Assembly: GCF_009914755.1 (NCBI RefSeq)
Contig: NC_060945.1
Direction: 5' to 3' (one strand)
Origin: the human T2T-CHM13v2.0 reference genome, Homo sapiens
Length of the DNA: 64,000 nt
The notes beneath the pieces were generated by a model. It saw nothing but the letters and a program-made list of their open reading frames with translations. It was not told the DNA's origin and searched no databases. The position numbers were made by a program, and so were the translations under genes. Shown one piece after another: positions 1 to 18,813 of this stretch. Each line of letters starts with the position of its first letter. Position 1 is the stretch's first letter.

Positions 1-944
1 GTTATTGTGCTTCAAATTTTAACATTTATCCTCCAAGTGAAATTACTATAAGAAGAAACAACTAACCTATAAATAAATAATTTACTTTTTGGAAAAGTTA
101 ACAAACCTCTCTACACACAATATAATTAAGAAAGATAATAAGAAACATATATAATTTCAAGATTTTCAATTTTTTTTACTAAGCCAGAGAAGATAAATGA
201 GTTAATCATTCATGTCAGTAAGTAAATACAGGATCAAAAAACATACCTAATGGAAGGAAATTAATAACAGAAAAGTAAAAATTATAATCTAGAAAATGAA
301 AGATATAAATCGATTCATAAATGGATAAGACTTTTAAGACTTTTTTTGAAGAAATCATTTCAAACTAGAATAAGCAAGAGGAATAGATCAAAACAAAAAG
401 GAAAACAGTGAAGGTGATATACACATCCTCTTACTGAAAATTAATTTTAAAGAACTTTAAATTAATTTTAAAGAATTAATTTTAAACACTAAAACTCAGA
501 GTCATCAATGTGTCTGGATACGGATTCATTTTTATTTCTTCTGCTCAGCACTTGTTTTATACTTTAAATTAGAGTCCTCAAGTCTTTCCTCTGCAATGGA
601 AATTTTATGGCATCATGTAAAGTATACAAATAGTGAAGGCATTGCCAGTGTTTTCTTCTGTATAAGTATTCTCTACCATTAGAATGGAAACGTCATCAAA
701 GTGGGCCCTTAGTGAGAGTTTGCTGAGTGGATGAATACTGTCCTTAAATATGGCTTCTCCATTCTCTTTGGACTCCTTTTGAAACTCCTATCATACATGT
801 GTTGGGGACTTTCTTGACTGGTCTTTCTGACTTTTAAATCCTTTTATCTGGATAAATTCATCATTATCTCCCAATTGACTAATTCTTTGTGTTTATTGCA
901 TTTACACTTCTTTTTTATATAATTTTCATTTCTAGAGCTTTTAT

Positions 945-2245
<1,301 letters not shown>

Positions 2246-3429
2246 CTGGATGTTTTCTTCTTAAAAAGCCAGTTGAGATTTCTAAGTGTACTCACTTAAA
2301 AGGAAAATTTAGTTTGCTATAATATTTCTCATATTTGCTGTGGTGAATTCATCTCTAGGAGGTTTCTTTGTATAATTATTTCATTATCTGTCTAATAGTT
2401 AATTCTCCACATGTTTTGTAATATTTTTGCACACTCACCTTGAATGAAAAGTTCTCTACATGTCATAGTCATATAACAAACAGAATTCACCCTCCTTCAC
2501 CACAAATCACACTTCTGTATATTCAATAAAATGTGCATTTCTTCATGGATACTCTTTGAATCATCTAAATGGAGACTCTTTATAGAAATATTGAATCATT
2601 AATTCTTCCAACTATTGTACTCCTTTCCAACATACTGTCTTACTGATTTTTCACTTTTTCCTATTTATATCCATTTTGTTCTACTAATCCGTCTGTCATT
2701 GGCCTTCTTCTATAGCCAACCTCAAATTTCAATTCACACTAGCTGTGAACAGCACTCAAATTGCTGCTGTATTCTTAAAATATAAATTTACTTCATAAAG
2801 CAAAAGTGAATTATATGCATGTTACAAAAAATATTCCTAGCAGAGATAAGATGGGGTGGTATTTGCTGGGATGTGCAACATCGTTTTTTCCAAATTAATT
2901 TCTCTCAGAATTCTCTCCTCCCTACTGCCAGGCAGAGCTCACCACTCACATGTCATGAATGACATTTTTAGTCATTTTTCATCTTATCTGATCATATGAC
3001 TTGAATTAATGTTTAGATCTGCTAAGGGCAAACACCACCATGGAATTAAATTTGCAAGAGGGAAGAAGGAGGAAGCAGGAGAAGGTGGATAGAGTCTTCA
3101 GACTAGGGTGCAGATCTTACATCTGTAGAGGGAAAGAGGGAAGGAAGGCTGATTGGGGTAGAAAGAGACTGCAGCATGGTTCCAAGAATGCTTTGGCCTA
3201 GGTCACTGCGGACTCCTTAAATTAAAGTTACTCATTGGAGACTGTCACAACTCACTGGAAACGTCCTCACATACAATCCCCATGTAGCTCTATGACTGTT
3301 GGAAACATGACTGCTGCACAAGTGTAGAAGTGCTTCCAGAGACAGAGGGCTAAAGCCAGGCTGTCGTTGACTTATGCTGTCTGATTCAGGATATCTGCAT
3401 TGCAAACTTCCTTGGTCATTAAAATCCAT

Positions 3430-5560
3430 TACCCCCACCTCCTAACCCCACCACAGCACACACATATTTGTCCAAACAGGTTCTTCATACCAGCTCTTCC
3501 AAAATTCCCATGATCCTCTCTTTTCCAAGGGGAATCTTAGAAAAGGAAGGTTAATGAGACCAACTCTAGCCCATGCTATAGCAGTTGGTCTCAGAACTGC
3601 CTTTGAATGCCCAGTTGTGTGAGGGGGAGAGAAAGAGAGAGAGAGTATGGGAGTGGGGAGTGTGTGTGTGTGTGAGTGTGTGTGTGTGTGTGTCTGAGAG
3701 AGAGAAAGAGAGAAATTATCTCTGCTTCTTTTGTAGAAAAGTAGCCCTACCTCCTCCTGCTAATCAGGGTGTATTCATCCTGCCCCAGTGGTGACGTATT
3801 TCTTGTCTTTTGGTTACTGGACCTAAGGAATCTAAAGCACCCAACAGATAACATTCTTTAGAGAGCAGGACTTGCTTGCCTTCCAGATCCCAGAGCTGCA
3901 GTGATGAGAAGCACAGGAAAACCTGAGAAGATTATTGGGAGCATTTGTAATTAGGGACATTCCTGTTTCTACCTCTGGTTTTCTGAACCTGTAGATTCTT
4001 CCTATGGAAGAAGAACTACTATATAAAGATCTGTGATAGAATATATATAAAAGATGGTGCCCCCTGCATTCAGAATGTCTCCTTTAGCATAGTGTCTCAG
4101 TTGCATCTTTAGAATGTTTCTCCAGGGCTCCATGAGTCTAGCTGCTTCTTGAAGAGTGTATGTAATACAAATAGTAGATTACATGGTCATGGACCCACTT
4201 CTGCCCATCCTTTGCTGTGAACAAGGAACCCTGGTCAGATGCTATACCATGTGGGATTTTATGCCTGTGGATCAGGAATTCTGGAAGCCTCAGAAAAGTG
4301 GTCCTGGCTCAGGCTCTGTGAACAGAAGTGCCAAACCCAGCCCTGGAATAAGGATATATCCCTCTGAGGATGAAAAGGTGGTCATTCAAGGTCAAAAGAC
4401 TTGCCATATAAGAGTCTCATTATTGATTTATGCTGTTGAAAAGTAGGACAGTCAGAGGCAGCAGTAGTTAGATAAACCTTGATACATAGAAGTCCAGGCT
4501 GTGGGGCCCATATGTATCGTCCATCTCTGCCAACATGGTCATATGAGTGACTGCATATGTATGACTGTTGTGCTTGTTGTGGGAAAGCCAATCTCCAAGG
4601 CTGGCAGCTTGTCAAGTCATTTTGTCTGATTGGTTATTGAGTGCCTCTTCTGTGGTGAGTGCTTTCTTGTGAGTGTTAACGTGCAATACAAGATTCTTTA
4701 CACTCCGTGCCTGCTCCTGCATGTCCACTCATATGCTTCTAACCCAGCTTCCTTGTCTCAGATATTTCAGTTCTTTTCTATCTAAGCCTCTGATCAGATG
4801 ATTCACCCACTGACTACGGCAAAGAAATCTGTTTATATTCCTGCCTTAGGCCATGTTTCTTCTATGTAAAGTAGATGGCCAGGGCCACTGCTCCCAGTGC
4901 TGCTAATAGGGAATATTTTAATTTCCTTCTGTCCTTCAGAGTCATTCTTGCATTGGGCTGCAATGCAACTACACCTTTAAACAGAGATTGCCCCTTTCTC
5001 CCTCCTTCAGATGGCCACAGGGACACAAATGCAGTCACAGGTGTGAGCTGAAGGAAGGTTGCTGGTGCAAACATGGTGGGTGACATGAGGATCTGGGTTA
5101 CCTGCTATTCAACTTATCCACTTGCTCTCATCTTGCTTGGCCTTTGTCTCATATTTACTCTTTCCACCTCATGATGAACTACTTCTTTTCCCTTCTGGTG
5201 TCATGACTTGGTGGTTCCAATAGAACTCAGCCTGCAAGAGGTAGTGCCAGAAGCATGGTAACTTATCAAGCACAGCATCTCTCCTAGGTCCAACATATAA
5301 TTCTCTGCTATGGAAGGCATGGCTTTGTTTCAGAATCCCAGGAACTGGTGTTGTAATTCTTTCACTGAGAATTGCCATGTGTGCCACACTGTGACCACCA
5401 TTGACACCTGCAAGAATACAGGTCCTGCAAGATCATATGACCCAAGCTGCAGGGCTGTTCACAATGGAACCTGGACATGCTGTGGAGCCCTGTCCTGCCC
5501 TGCACTCTTCAAACCCTGTGGTCTTCCTATCTCCCTGACTTGTCTTGTGGCTTACTTGTG
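3430..5560 (-). mobile_element. Ancient ERVL-class internal fragment (pol: RNase H/integrase)
   Basis: Minus-strand HSYDHVGRDGRYIWAPQPGL..YLTTAASDCPTFQQ resembles the ERVL integrase HEQSGHGGRDGGYAWAQQHGL..DLATATAECPTCQQ; ALQP..TLKD..AL.AV.L resembles ERVL RNase H. Boundaries approximate. Confidence 0.7.
3620..3712. repeat. (GA)n/(GT)n microsatellite
   Basis: GAGAGAAAGAGAGAGAGAG..GTGTGTGTGTGTGTGAGTGTGTGTGTGTGTGTGT..GAGAGAGAG. Confidence 0.9.
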
Positions 5561-5669
5561 TTATGTTGCTTAGGGTTTCTTGAGTTTCATGAGTTTGTAT
5601 TTTTATAACTGTATAGATATAGATGGATATATATAGATATGGTCAAAGAGGAAGAGTAAGAGAGAAGAA

Positions 5670-6780
5670 AAAGAATTTTACAAAAGACTTTACTGGACAT
5701 GTAGAAAAAAATATCAAACTCCACCTCTATTTCCAGCACTTTGGAAGGCCACGGTGGGTGAATCAGAAGGTCAGGAGATCGAGACAATCCTGGCTAACAC
5801 GGTGAAACCCCGTCTCTACTAAAAATATACAAAAAAAATTAGCCAGGCGTGGTGGTGGGAGCCTGTAGTCCCAGCTACTCAGGAGGCTGAGGCAGGAGAA
5901 TGGCGTGAACCCAGGAGTCAGAGCTTGCAGTGAGCCGAGATCTTGCCACTGCACTCCAGCCTGGGTGATAGAGCGAGAATCTATCTCCAAAAAAAAAAAA
6001 AAAAAATCAAACTCCATAGTGAGAAGTCAAACAACACAATAACAAAATGGGCAAGAGATTTGAGTAGACGACAATAACCAAAGATATATTAATGATTGAT
6101 AAACACTGAAAAGTGCATCATTAACCACCTGGGAATGGAATTTAAAAATCAAAATGCAATAATACTGCACAGAAACTATAATGGATCCAAAAAAATGTCA
6201 ATTCTGAATGTTTGAGAGGACATGCAACACCCTGAATTATCATATTTAGGTGGGAGTATAAAGTGGATAATCAGTTTGGATTGCAGTTTGGCAGTTAAAC
6301 ATACACTTACAATTTGACCTAGAATATTCCATTCTTACTTACTGAAGAGAAATGAAAACATGTGCATACAAATGAACATAGCAGCTTTACTTGTAATAAT
6401 CAAGGAATAGAAACATTTGTAAATGGTTCACCAACAGGCTAAAGGATAAACATATTGTAGTATTTCCATACAATAGAAAAAAATAGAAAGAACCACTGAT
6501 TTTGCAACATAGGTGATCCTAAAATATATTGAGAGAATGAACCAACAGTAGGCATATTATAAAAGTTTATTACTACAAAATTCTAGAAACTGAATTTATA
6601 GTGGTAGGTTGCAGATCAATGGCTGCTTGGAGCCAGAGGTTTTGGTAAGGAATACAAAAGAACTTTTGAGGTGATAGACAGCTTCAATATCTTCATCGGT
6701 GGTAGCCACATAACTTTATATGTTTGTACTTAATTTGGATGCATTTTATTGTATTGAAAGTAAACCTCAGTTAAGTTGAC
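5670..6780 (+). mobile_element. Old L1 (L1ME/MC-like) 3' fragment containing a 5'-truncated AluY (~5731-6006)
   Basis: L1 ORF2-end/3'UTR motifs (AAAATGGGCAAGAGATTTGA, CATAGCAGCTTTACTTGTAATA); Alu flanked by ATCAAACTCCA TSD. Confidence 0.7.
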
Positions 6781-8999
6781 TTTTATAATTTATTAGATTC
6801 TAAAACATTAATTTGCTTCCATCCATTATATTTGTTCACAAATCCTACAATAGTATGTTTTGGAAGACCTGTAATAGACACAGTAACTGGCATATTCATA
6901 AAGGAAATTTCCTTATGTAGGATAGTTTTTAGGGGAAATGCCTGAAACAAAAAAATCTGCATCTGCTTATCATAATTCGCTGCATAAAAGATCTAAATGT
7001 GTAACTGGCAATCAGCTTTAGCTTTGATTATCTTTCATAGCAGCATGGATCAATTTTGTTTACCCAGTTGGCTATTTCTCCATGCTAAACTCATATTGCA
7101 TACATGCCTCTGAAATTCCAGTCATGTATAGTCTATAATGTATACCTATATTACACAATTTGTATACTTTTCCACTTTAAAGGGGGGATTTATACCTGCA
7201 AAGGGACTTGACCTACAACTATCATCCAATTCTGTTCCAAATTTTGGATACTATGACTCTATCCTGGAAATGATTCAGTAGTTTTGTTTCATTTGACTCT
7301 TCCTACAGACATAATGTGTTGAAGTAAACCTGTTTTTTATGTTTGGAAAGTAGCCTTTGGATGGGTGTTTTCTAGCTTTTGGAAAACATGTACTTGAAGC
7401 AGAAGTAACTAGTTGTTGAGGGAATAGAACCACAGCATTTCTGACCTAGGCAAATTGAAACCTTGTCATCCTTGATGACAAACATGACATGACACATGAT
7501 TGCCTTTTTCAGGGAGTTCTTATGTAAAATATTTTATCCCCAACTAGTTGGTATCATTCAAATCAAATTTTATAATTTTACTCTGTATTAGGATGCAGTT
7601 TTATAATGTCCAAAGCATCTTTACGCATATTTTTTCTCAAATAAATCCTACAGCAACTGTGTGACATGCTCAAAGGTGAGAATATTATCCCCATTTTACA
7701 ACTGAGCAAGCAGACTTCAAGATTTGTTAACTTTTTAGAGCTGAAGTTTAGTCCACTATTTTATGTTATCAACCTTTGATTTGCTCTGCTATACCCACCA
7801 ATTTAGAAAAGAATTTACCCAAGATTGTAACATGTAATACAATTAATTTATTTTTTTTTCTCTCCACTTGAAAACAGAAACAGTGGTGATTATGGAGTAT
7901 CTACTGATTATTTTGCTGGGACAAGTTGATGTCACTAAATTTATAAATTGAACTGAACTGATAACCTCAGTTACTTTGCCAAAATTCCTTCTTTTAATAT
8001 TACATAAACTGTAGAATGCAGAAGAGGTACTTTTAATTTCTAATTATTTAAGTAGAGAAAGACTCAACACTTCCTTTTAGGCTCACACATAAAATTTCTG
8101 GTTGATACATCACCAGCGATTGTGTTTCAGCATGTATGTAAATGCAGCTTTCTGAATAGGCAAACTTACAGGAATTATGGAATATCATTGTATTTACATA
8201 CAGCAGTATCTCAGACATCACTCCAAAAACTAAAGGGCAATGAGGAAATATTTCCAAAAGCCATATTACAGTGCTTTGGGGGAGGTGAAAGAGAGAATGC
8301 TGCAATATGTTTTCTTGTTTGACTGACTCAAGCTACATTCTAGGAGATATTTTAAAAAGTGAATAAAATCTCTGTGTCATAGTCAAAAGATGTAAGGCAA
8401 ACCACAATTATCCAAGGAAATCTGAAATGAATATTACTAAATACAACCTTCTGGATTTGGTTTTACTTACCATGTTGACTATGTCTGCTTATGGTTTTCT
8501 TACTTATGCCTACCTACACCATCTTTTAATTAAATGTGCCGATAAAATTTCTAAGTGCAGAATTTCCTTTGCTTGACACAAACACTTTGTTCTACTGTGA
8601 ATCAACTGCTGGGGCTTTCTATTGTATGGATTTCTACAAAAGGATGTGCTGTAACTCAAGTATAAGCAGATGGTTCTTTCATTGTTGTAAATCAAATTGG
8701 TATAACCTGTGACTGGGTTCGATGTGGCCCCAGTTTCCTGAGGCCTGTGAAAATTGCTAGGTAGCTCATTTTCATTTTTTCTTATCACCTTAACTGGAGT
8801 TGGAGGCCCTTGCAAGTCCAGGACAATGACGTCTTAGGCAACCTCAGTTGTCTAGTGTGACTTAATAAGCCTGATGTATGTAGTAGAACCAATCTTTTCT
8901 TTTATATATAATGCCATTTTAAGTGATGTGAACCTTATTCTCTAGGTTACAGGTATTGGATTACTTTAGTTCTTTATTATAATAAGCAAGGTGTTAATT

Positions 9000-10552
<1,553 letters not shown>

Positions 10553-11559
10553 CTTCCTACGATGCATGATTAAATTACAAAGTTTTCTATTCTTTTCTTT
10601 TAAAAATAAATATCTTAGCTGCCTGTTTTCATTCTGGCCATCAAAATTGCCTAAATTCTTTGTGGGCAATATCATCAACCCTTGAGGGAAATTCAAGATA
10701 TTCCTAACACAGAAATATTCTTAGCTGAAAAGAGTATGGGATGACAATTTTCAACCTGGCATATATAAAAAGAAGAAAAATGTTGGGTAAATGAACAGCA
10801 AAAGAAAGATGACATTCATATGTCCTATGCAATTCTGAATACTTATTTTATGTAGGTGAATATTTTAATGAAAGACATTTATTGATTCAAAATATTTTTT
10901 AACTTAACGAACTTTGGCAAAACAATGCCCTTCAGTCAGTGACTATATTATCAAGTTTCACCTACCTCTGATCAAGGAAACAAAAATAATAGTAATTCCA
11001 TACTCAGTATGTGTGAGAAAATAAGATGTGTTTAGTTCTAATTATTTTGAGTTATGCCACATAACACATAACAGTATACATTTATTTTGAGTTCATATGT
11101 AGAATTAGACTACTTTTTTAATTTTGGGAACATGGAGAACAATATTATAGGATTATATTAGTAAGGCTGTGGTAAATACTAACATTAAGCTCTCCTTATG
11201 TGACACACACAGTTCCTTCACCAAAATGGGCAAAATTTTAGCTGAAGACTTATAATGAAGCCTAGACATTCATGAAGAAATTAAACAACTTGACCATTAT
11301 TAGAAGATAGTAAATACACGCATGTTCAATACCAGCCTCTTTTTTTCTCACTTTATGTTTTTTGAATGCCATTAGATTTACATATCCTGCTAACATAACA
11401 TAAAAACAAACCTTAAGTTTCAAGAAATTAACAATTCTAGTTACATACTATTTACATGTTTTTCTTATTAACTATTAGTTATTTCAAAACTTACCTTTTA
11501 TGTTTTGAGATAAAAAATATCTAATAGAAAGGTAGTTTTTTGAGAAGAATGCCTTTTTT

Positions 11560-14500
11560 ATTATTTTTATTTTTATTTCTTTATTTTTTTTTTGAGACAA
11601 CATCTTGCTCTGTCACCCAGGCTGGAGTGCATTGGCGTGATGTTGACTCACTGCAAACTCTGCCTCCCAGGTTCAGGTGATTCTCCTGCTTCATCCTCCT
11701 GAGCAGGTGGGATTAGAGTAGCATGCCACCACACCTGGCTAATTTTTGTATTTTTAGTAAACATGGAGTTTTACCATGTTGGCTAGGCTGGTCTTGAACT
11801 CCTGACCTCAAGTGATCCATCCTCCTCAGCCTCCTAAAGTACTGGGATTACAGGCATGAGCTACCTCTTTTTAAATTATTTTTAAAGGATACTTTAGTTT
11901 TCCTAGTAATCCATGTGAATGTATTCTCTATGAACTATAGTGTGTGTGTTTACTTTTTATATATAGAATACTACTGAGGAGCAAGCTGTTTCTGTAAATG
12001 AAATGGGACTGAACCTCTACCGTGGTTGTGTTCTACATGTTACAGAGACCTGGACAGAGACAGTATGATTATCTCATGAACATCACATAATCTCCTGTCA
12101 CAGTCCCAAGATAAAACATTTCCTTAAAATCAAGACTTGCTTTAATAAGCACCACATTTATTACAATAATACCTTCCCACTATAATCAATATGGATATAA
12201 ACAGCCTTTGTTCTATTTTTCTCATACTTGGAAGACTTTTGCTTTCATTCCATGAAAATCTTGTATTTCTCCTCAATTATTCTAATTAGAAAAATAGTGC
12301 TGGGGGAGAAAAAATAAAACAGCACAGAAAGGAAAGGGGCTCCTGCAATGCACTGTTTAGACAGATAAGGTAGCCTGGCCAGGAGATGGTCAGGTAGGGA
12401 CTGCCTTCTTCTCTCTGGTGGTGAGAATTGAGAATTGCTGAGAGGTGTGCAAGTGGAGCTGATTGAGCCTGAGCACAGTCCAGCTTTCTTCCATGTTCTC
12501 TACATAAAATAATCAATAATCTTCAGCATTAAGACCTCATGATCTCATGTTTTGAGAAGGAGAGTTGAGAAACACCTACTAGTCTTGTGATAGGTTGAGT
12601 ACTTTAAAGAGTTTTGGGCCAGGTGCGGTGACTCACGCCTGTAATCCCAGCACTTTGGGAGGCTGAGGCACGTGGATCACGAGGTCAGGAGATCGAGTCC
12701 ATCCTGGCCAACACGGTGAAACCCCATCTCTACTAAAAATACAAAAAGTTAGCCGAGCATGGTGGCACACACCTGTAATCTCAGCTACTCAGGAGGCTGA
12801 GGCAAGAAAATCCCTTGATCTGGGGAGGTGGAAATTGCATGAGCTGAGATTGCACCACTGCACTCCAGCCTGGGTGACAGAGTTAGACTCCATCTCAAAA
12901 AAAAAAAAAAAGAATTTTGAAGCTTCTTAATTCCATTTATTTAAGACATTATTCTCATTGGGATTACGGGGGAATCCCTGAATTTTGGTAAAAACAAATC
13001 CAAGTCACAAAATCAGAAAAAAAAAGGGAAGATATAGGATGATGCGTTTCATTCTTCATATGAATATGCATTTTACAAATATATAACTAAGACCAATTTT
13101 GGATTTATTTCCAGGCTTGGAGATAACTTATGGAAACTTTTAACATTAAAGTTAAATTTGCAATTCAGAATTAATCCATACATTATTTCACTGTTTTCTT
13201 GTTAATATTAAATGCTGCTGACTCAGTAAAGTTTATTATTTGAATATAACAAGAATGTGTGAATTGTAAATGCCATGCTAAAGTCTGGAACATTTCTACA
13301 AAATTCAGTTTAGCAAATATTTGTTAAGACTTCAGTCAAAGCCTTTTACAACTGCACTGCTCTAGGTTTTGAGGACTCAAAATAATCTCTGCTCACAAAC
13401 CAGACATGCAGACAAATAAGGTTCTATGTATTAAGGTCAATAATAGAATTTTGCTGAAGACAAAATATTATCGCAGACACAAAAAAATTAGCCAGACATG
13501 GTGGCAGGTGCCTGTAATCCAAGCTACTCAGGAGGCTAAGGAAGGAGAATAGCTTGAACCCAGGAGGCAGAGGTTGCAGTGAGCCAAGATCACATCACTG
13601 CACTCATCTTGGGCAACAGAGTGAGACTTCATCTCAAAAAAAAAAAAAATCTTGATTCCTTTATCCCCTGTGCTTCACAGCATTCAGAGTCTTCCATATT
13701 TTCTGGGAGTTTCTTGGTTAGTTGGGCTTGGCCTCTCCTCACTTACTGTTGGAGCCTGCCCTCTTCTCTGTGCTCCAGAGCAGATCATGTTTTCTCTACT
13801 CAGTTCCCTCTAGTGAGGAGACTCATTCCACTTTCACCCCCACCTTAGCACCAAGCACCATTAATTCAAGACCACTATGTGGAGGAGATAAGGGAGAATT
13901 ACATCCCACGAAGAGCAGCAAAATGCATAAACATGCATATATATACACACATATGCATGTATATGCACATATACACACATATACATATATATGCATATAT
14001 ACATACACACATATATACACGTATACACATATACACACACACACATATATACATGCATATATTGCCACCACTATCCTGAATCTCCTCATTTTTTCCCATC
14101 AGAAGGAATTTCTCCACCCCACCCTACCATTTTCTTGGAACTTCTAGTCTCTCTCACATTATTAATTCTACACCTGGGGCTGCCTTGCCCCCTCTTGCTA
14201 ACTGCCTGGTGGTAACTTGGCACTCCACTTAGTTACTACTTAACGTTACAGCTCACCCTTTTTTACATCATATTTATGAAGCATTAAATATTCTAAAAGT
14301 GGCCGGGTGCAGTGATTCATGCCTGTAATCTCAGCACTTTGGGAGGCCAAAGCGGGCGGATCATGAGGTCAGGAGTTCAAAACCTCCTGACCAACATGGT
14401 GAAACCCTGTTTCTACTACAAATACAAAAATTAGCTGGGCATGATGGCGTGTGTCTGTAATCCCAGCTACTCAAGAGGCTGAGGCAAGATAATCACTTGA

Positions 14501-14600
14501 ACCTGGGAGGCAGAGGTCACAAAGAGCCGAGATTTGTGCCACTGCACTCCAGCCTGGGTGACAGAACAAGACTCTCAAAAAAAAAAGAAAAAAAAAAAAC
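11560..14600. mobile_element. Alus: 11560-11865 (-), 12617-12912 (+), right-half 13480-13649 (+), 14301-14600 (+)
   Basis: Alu consensus motifs and A tails; the span includes unique DNA between elements. Confidence 0.9.
13930..14061. repeat. (TA/CA)n alternating purine-pyrimidine microsatellite
   Basis: CATATATATACACACATATGCATGTATATGCACATATACAC... Confidence 0.92.
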
Positions 14601-15154
14601 AAGCTACTTTGTCTAGGGTACCCTATTATACCAAGGAATTTAGTGCCTCATGAAAAAAGACTCTCAAGGATGTTTTTCTAAACAATAGAACCTTCTACCT
14701 TAGAAATCATTTATGGTATTATCCAACATCATTATTTTTTATTTTATATATATTTTTCACTACAATAAAAATCTTTCAAATATATCAAAATACAATTTTA
14801 TTAAAACAGAAAAGTTGTTTATTAGATAATCTTTTAATTTTAACATATTAATTTATCTATCGGGGTTCTATGTCATTCACTCAGGAAGAGAATTCAATGA
14901 ATAAATGTGGTAACTTCACATATCGTAGAACTTTTTCACAAAAATGGGCAATTTTTCATTTTTCAGAGTGAACACTGAGCCACCACCTGAGGAAAAATAA
15001 ATGATCATTTTTAACAATTAAAGTTACTTTTTTTTAATCATCTGGTCTTTTAAGATGTTTTTAGACTTATAGATCAAGATAAGAAGTTAGCATGCACTTA
15101 TCCTTCTTTCAATTTGTATCCATCCCTAATTTATTTCTTCCTATTGTGCAATAG

Positions 15155-16882
<1,728 letters not shown>

Positions 16883-18110
16883 ATCCCTCACTTTATAACA
16901 TTAATCAAGTTCTTTTATAATTTTATGTTAAAGATTTTTGAATTTTGTTAATCTATTTTATTTTCCTTCATAAAATGATCAAAGCTAGAAATAACATTAC
17001 AAAGTATATCATAATCGTTAACAGAAAGAGCTCTATAATCAGCTTAAATTTCTTTTCTCTCTTTTCTAGTTATGTGATCTTAGGCAAGTTACATAAATTA
17101 CCTGTGTTCAGTTTATTTATTTGTGAAATGGGGAAAATAATGGTGCCTGTCTCTGGGTAAGATTGTAGTGAGGGTGAATAACAGATTTATCAAGCATAAA
17201 GCAGTGCCTGGGACACAGGAATTGCCCTCTCTGCATGCCCCTGCATATGTGTGCATACAGGCATGAATCACTTGATGATGGAATAAATTTGGAGAAATAT
17301 GTCTTTAGGCAGTTTTGTTATTGTGCAAATATCTCAGAGTGTACTTACACAAACATAGATGGGATAGCCTACTACTCTGCTAGAGTATATGATAGAGTAT
17401 ATGTAGCCTGTTGCTGCTAGGCTACAAATCTGTACAGCATGTTACTGTACTAAATACTGCAGGCAACTGTAACACAGTGGTAGGTATTTTGCATCTTATC
17501 ATAGAAAAGGTGCAGTAAAAAAAAAAAAGGGGTACACTTGTAGAGGGCACTTACCATGAATGGAGCTTGCACAGCTGGAAGTTGCTCTGGGTAAGTGAGT
17601 GAGAGGTGAGTGAATATGAAGGCCTAGGACATTACGGGCACTGTTGTAGACTTTAGCAGTACTGGATGTACACTTAAGCTATGCCAAATTTATTTTTAAA
17701 TTGTTTTCTTTTATCAATAATAAATTAGCTTTAGCTTACTGTAATTTTTTTATTTAATATACTTTTTTTAACCTTTTGGCTCCTCTGTCACAACTCTTAG
17801 CTTAAAAGATAAACATATTGTACAACTTTAAAAAATATTATTTTCTTTATATCTAAGTCTATAAGCTTTTTCCAATTTTTAATTTTTGTGTTACTTTTTA
17901 ACTCTTTTATAAAAACAAACACAAACACGCACATTAGTTTAGGCCTATACAGGGTCAGGATCATCAACATCATTGTCTTCCACCTTCATATTCTGTCTCA
18001 ATGGAAGTTCCTTGGGGCAATAACACACATGAAGCTGACATCTCCTATGATAACAATCCCTCCTTCTGGATACCTCCTGAAGGACCTGCCTGAAATTGCT
18101 CTACTGTTCA

Positions 18111-18460
<350 letters not shown>

Positions 18461-18476
18461 TAAAAAGAATAGAGTA

Positions 18477-18813
<337 letters not shown>

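Noticed and set aside
438-488. AATTAATTTTAAA x3
   Set aside because: Short AT-rich slippage repeat near an old repeat boundary; no evidence of function.
13722-14215. Overlapping His/Tyr/Ile- and Cys/Val-rich ORFs on both strands
   Set aside because: Produced by a stop-free (TA/CA)n microsatellite.
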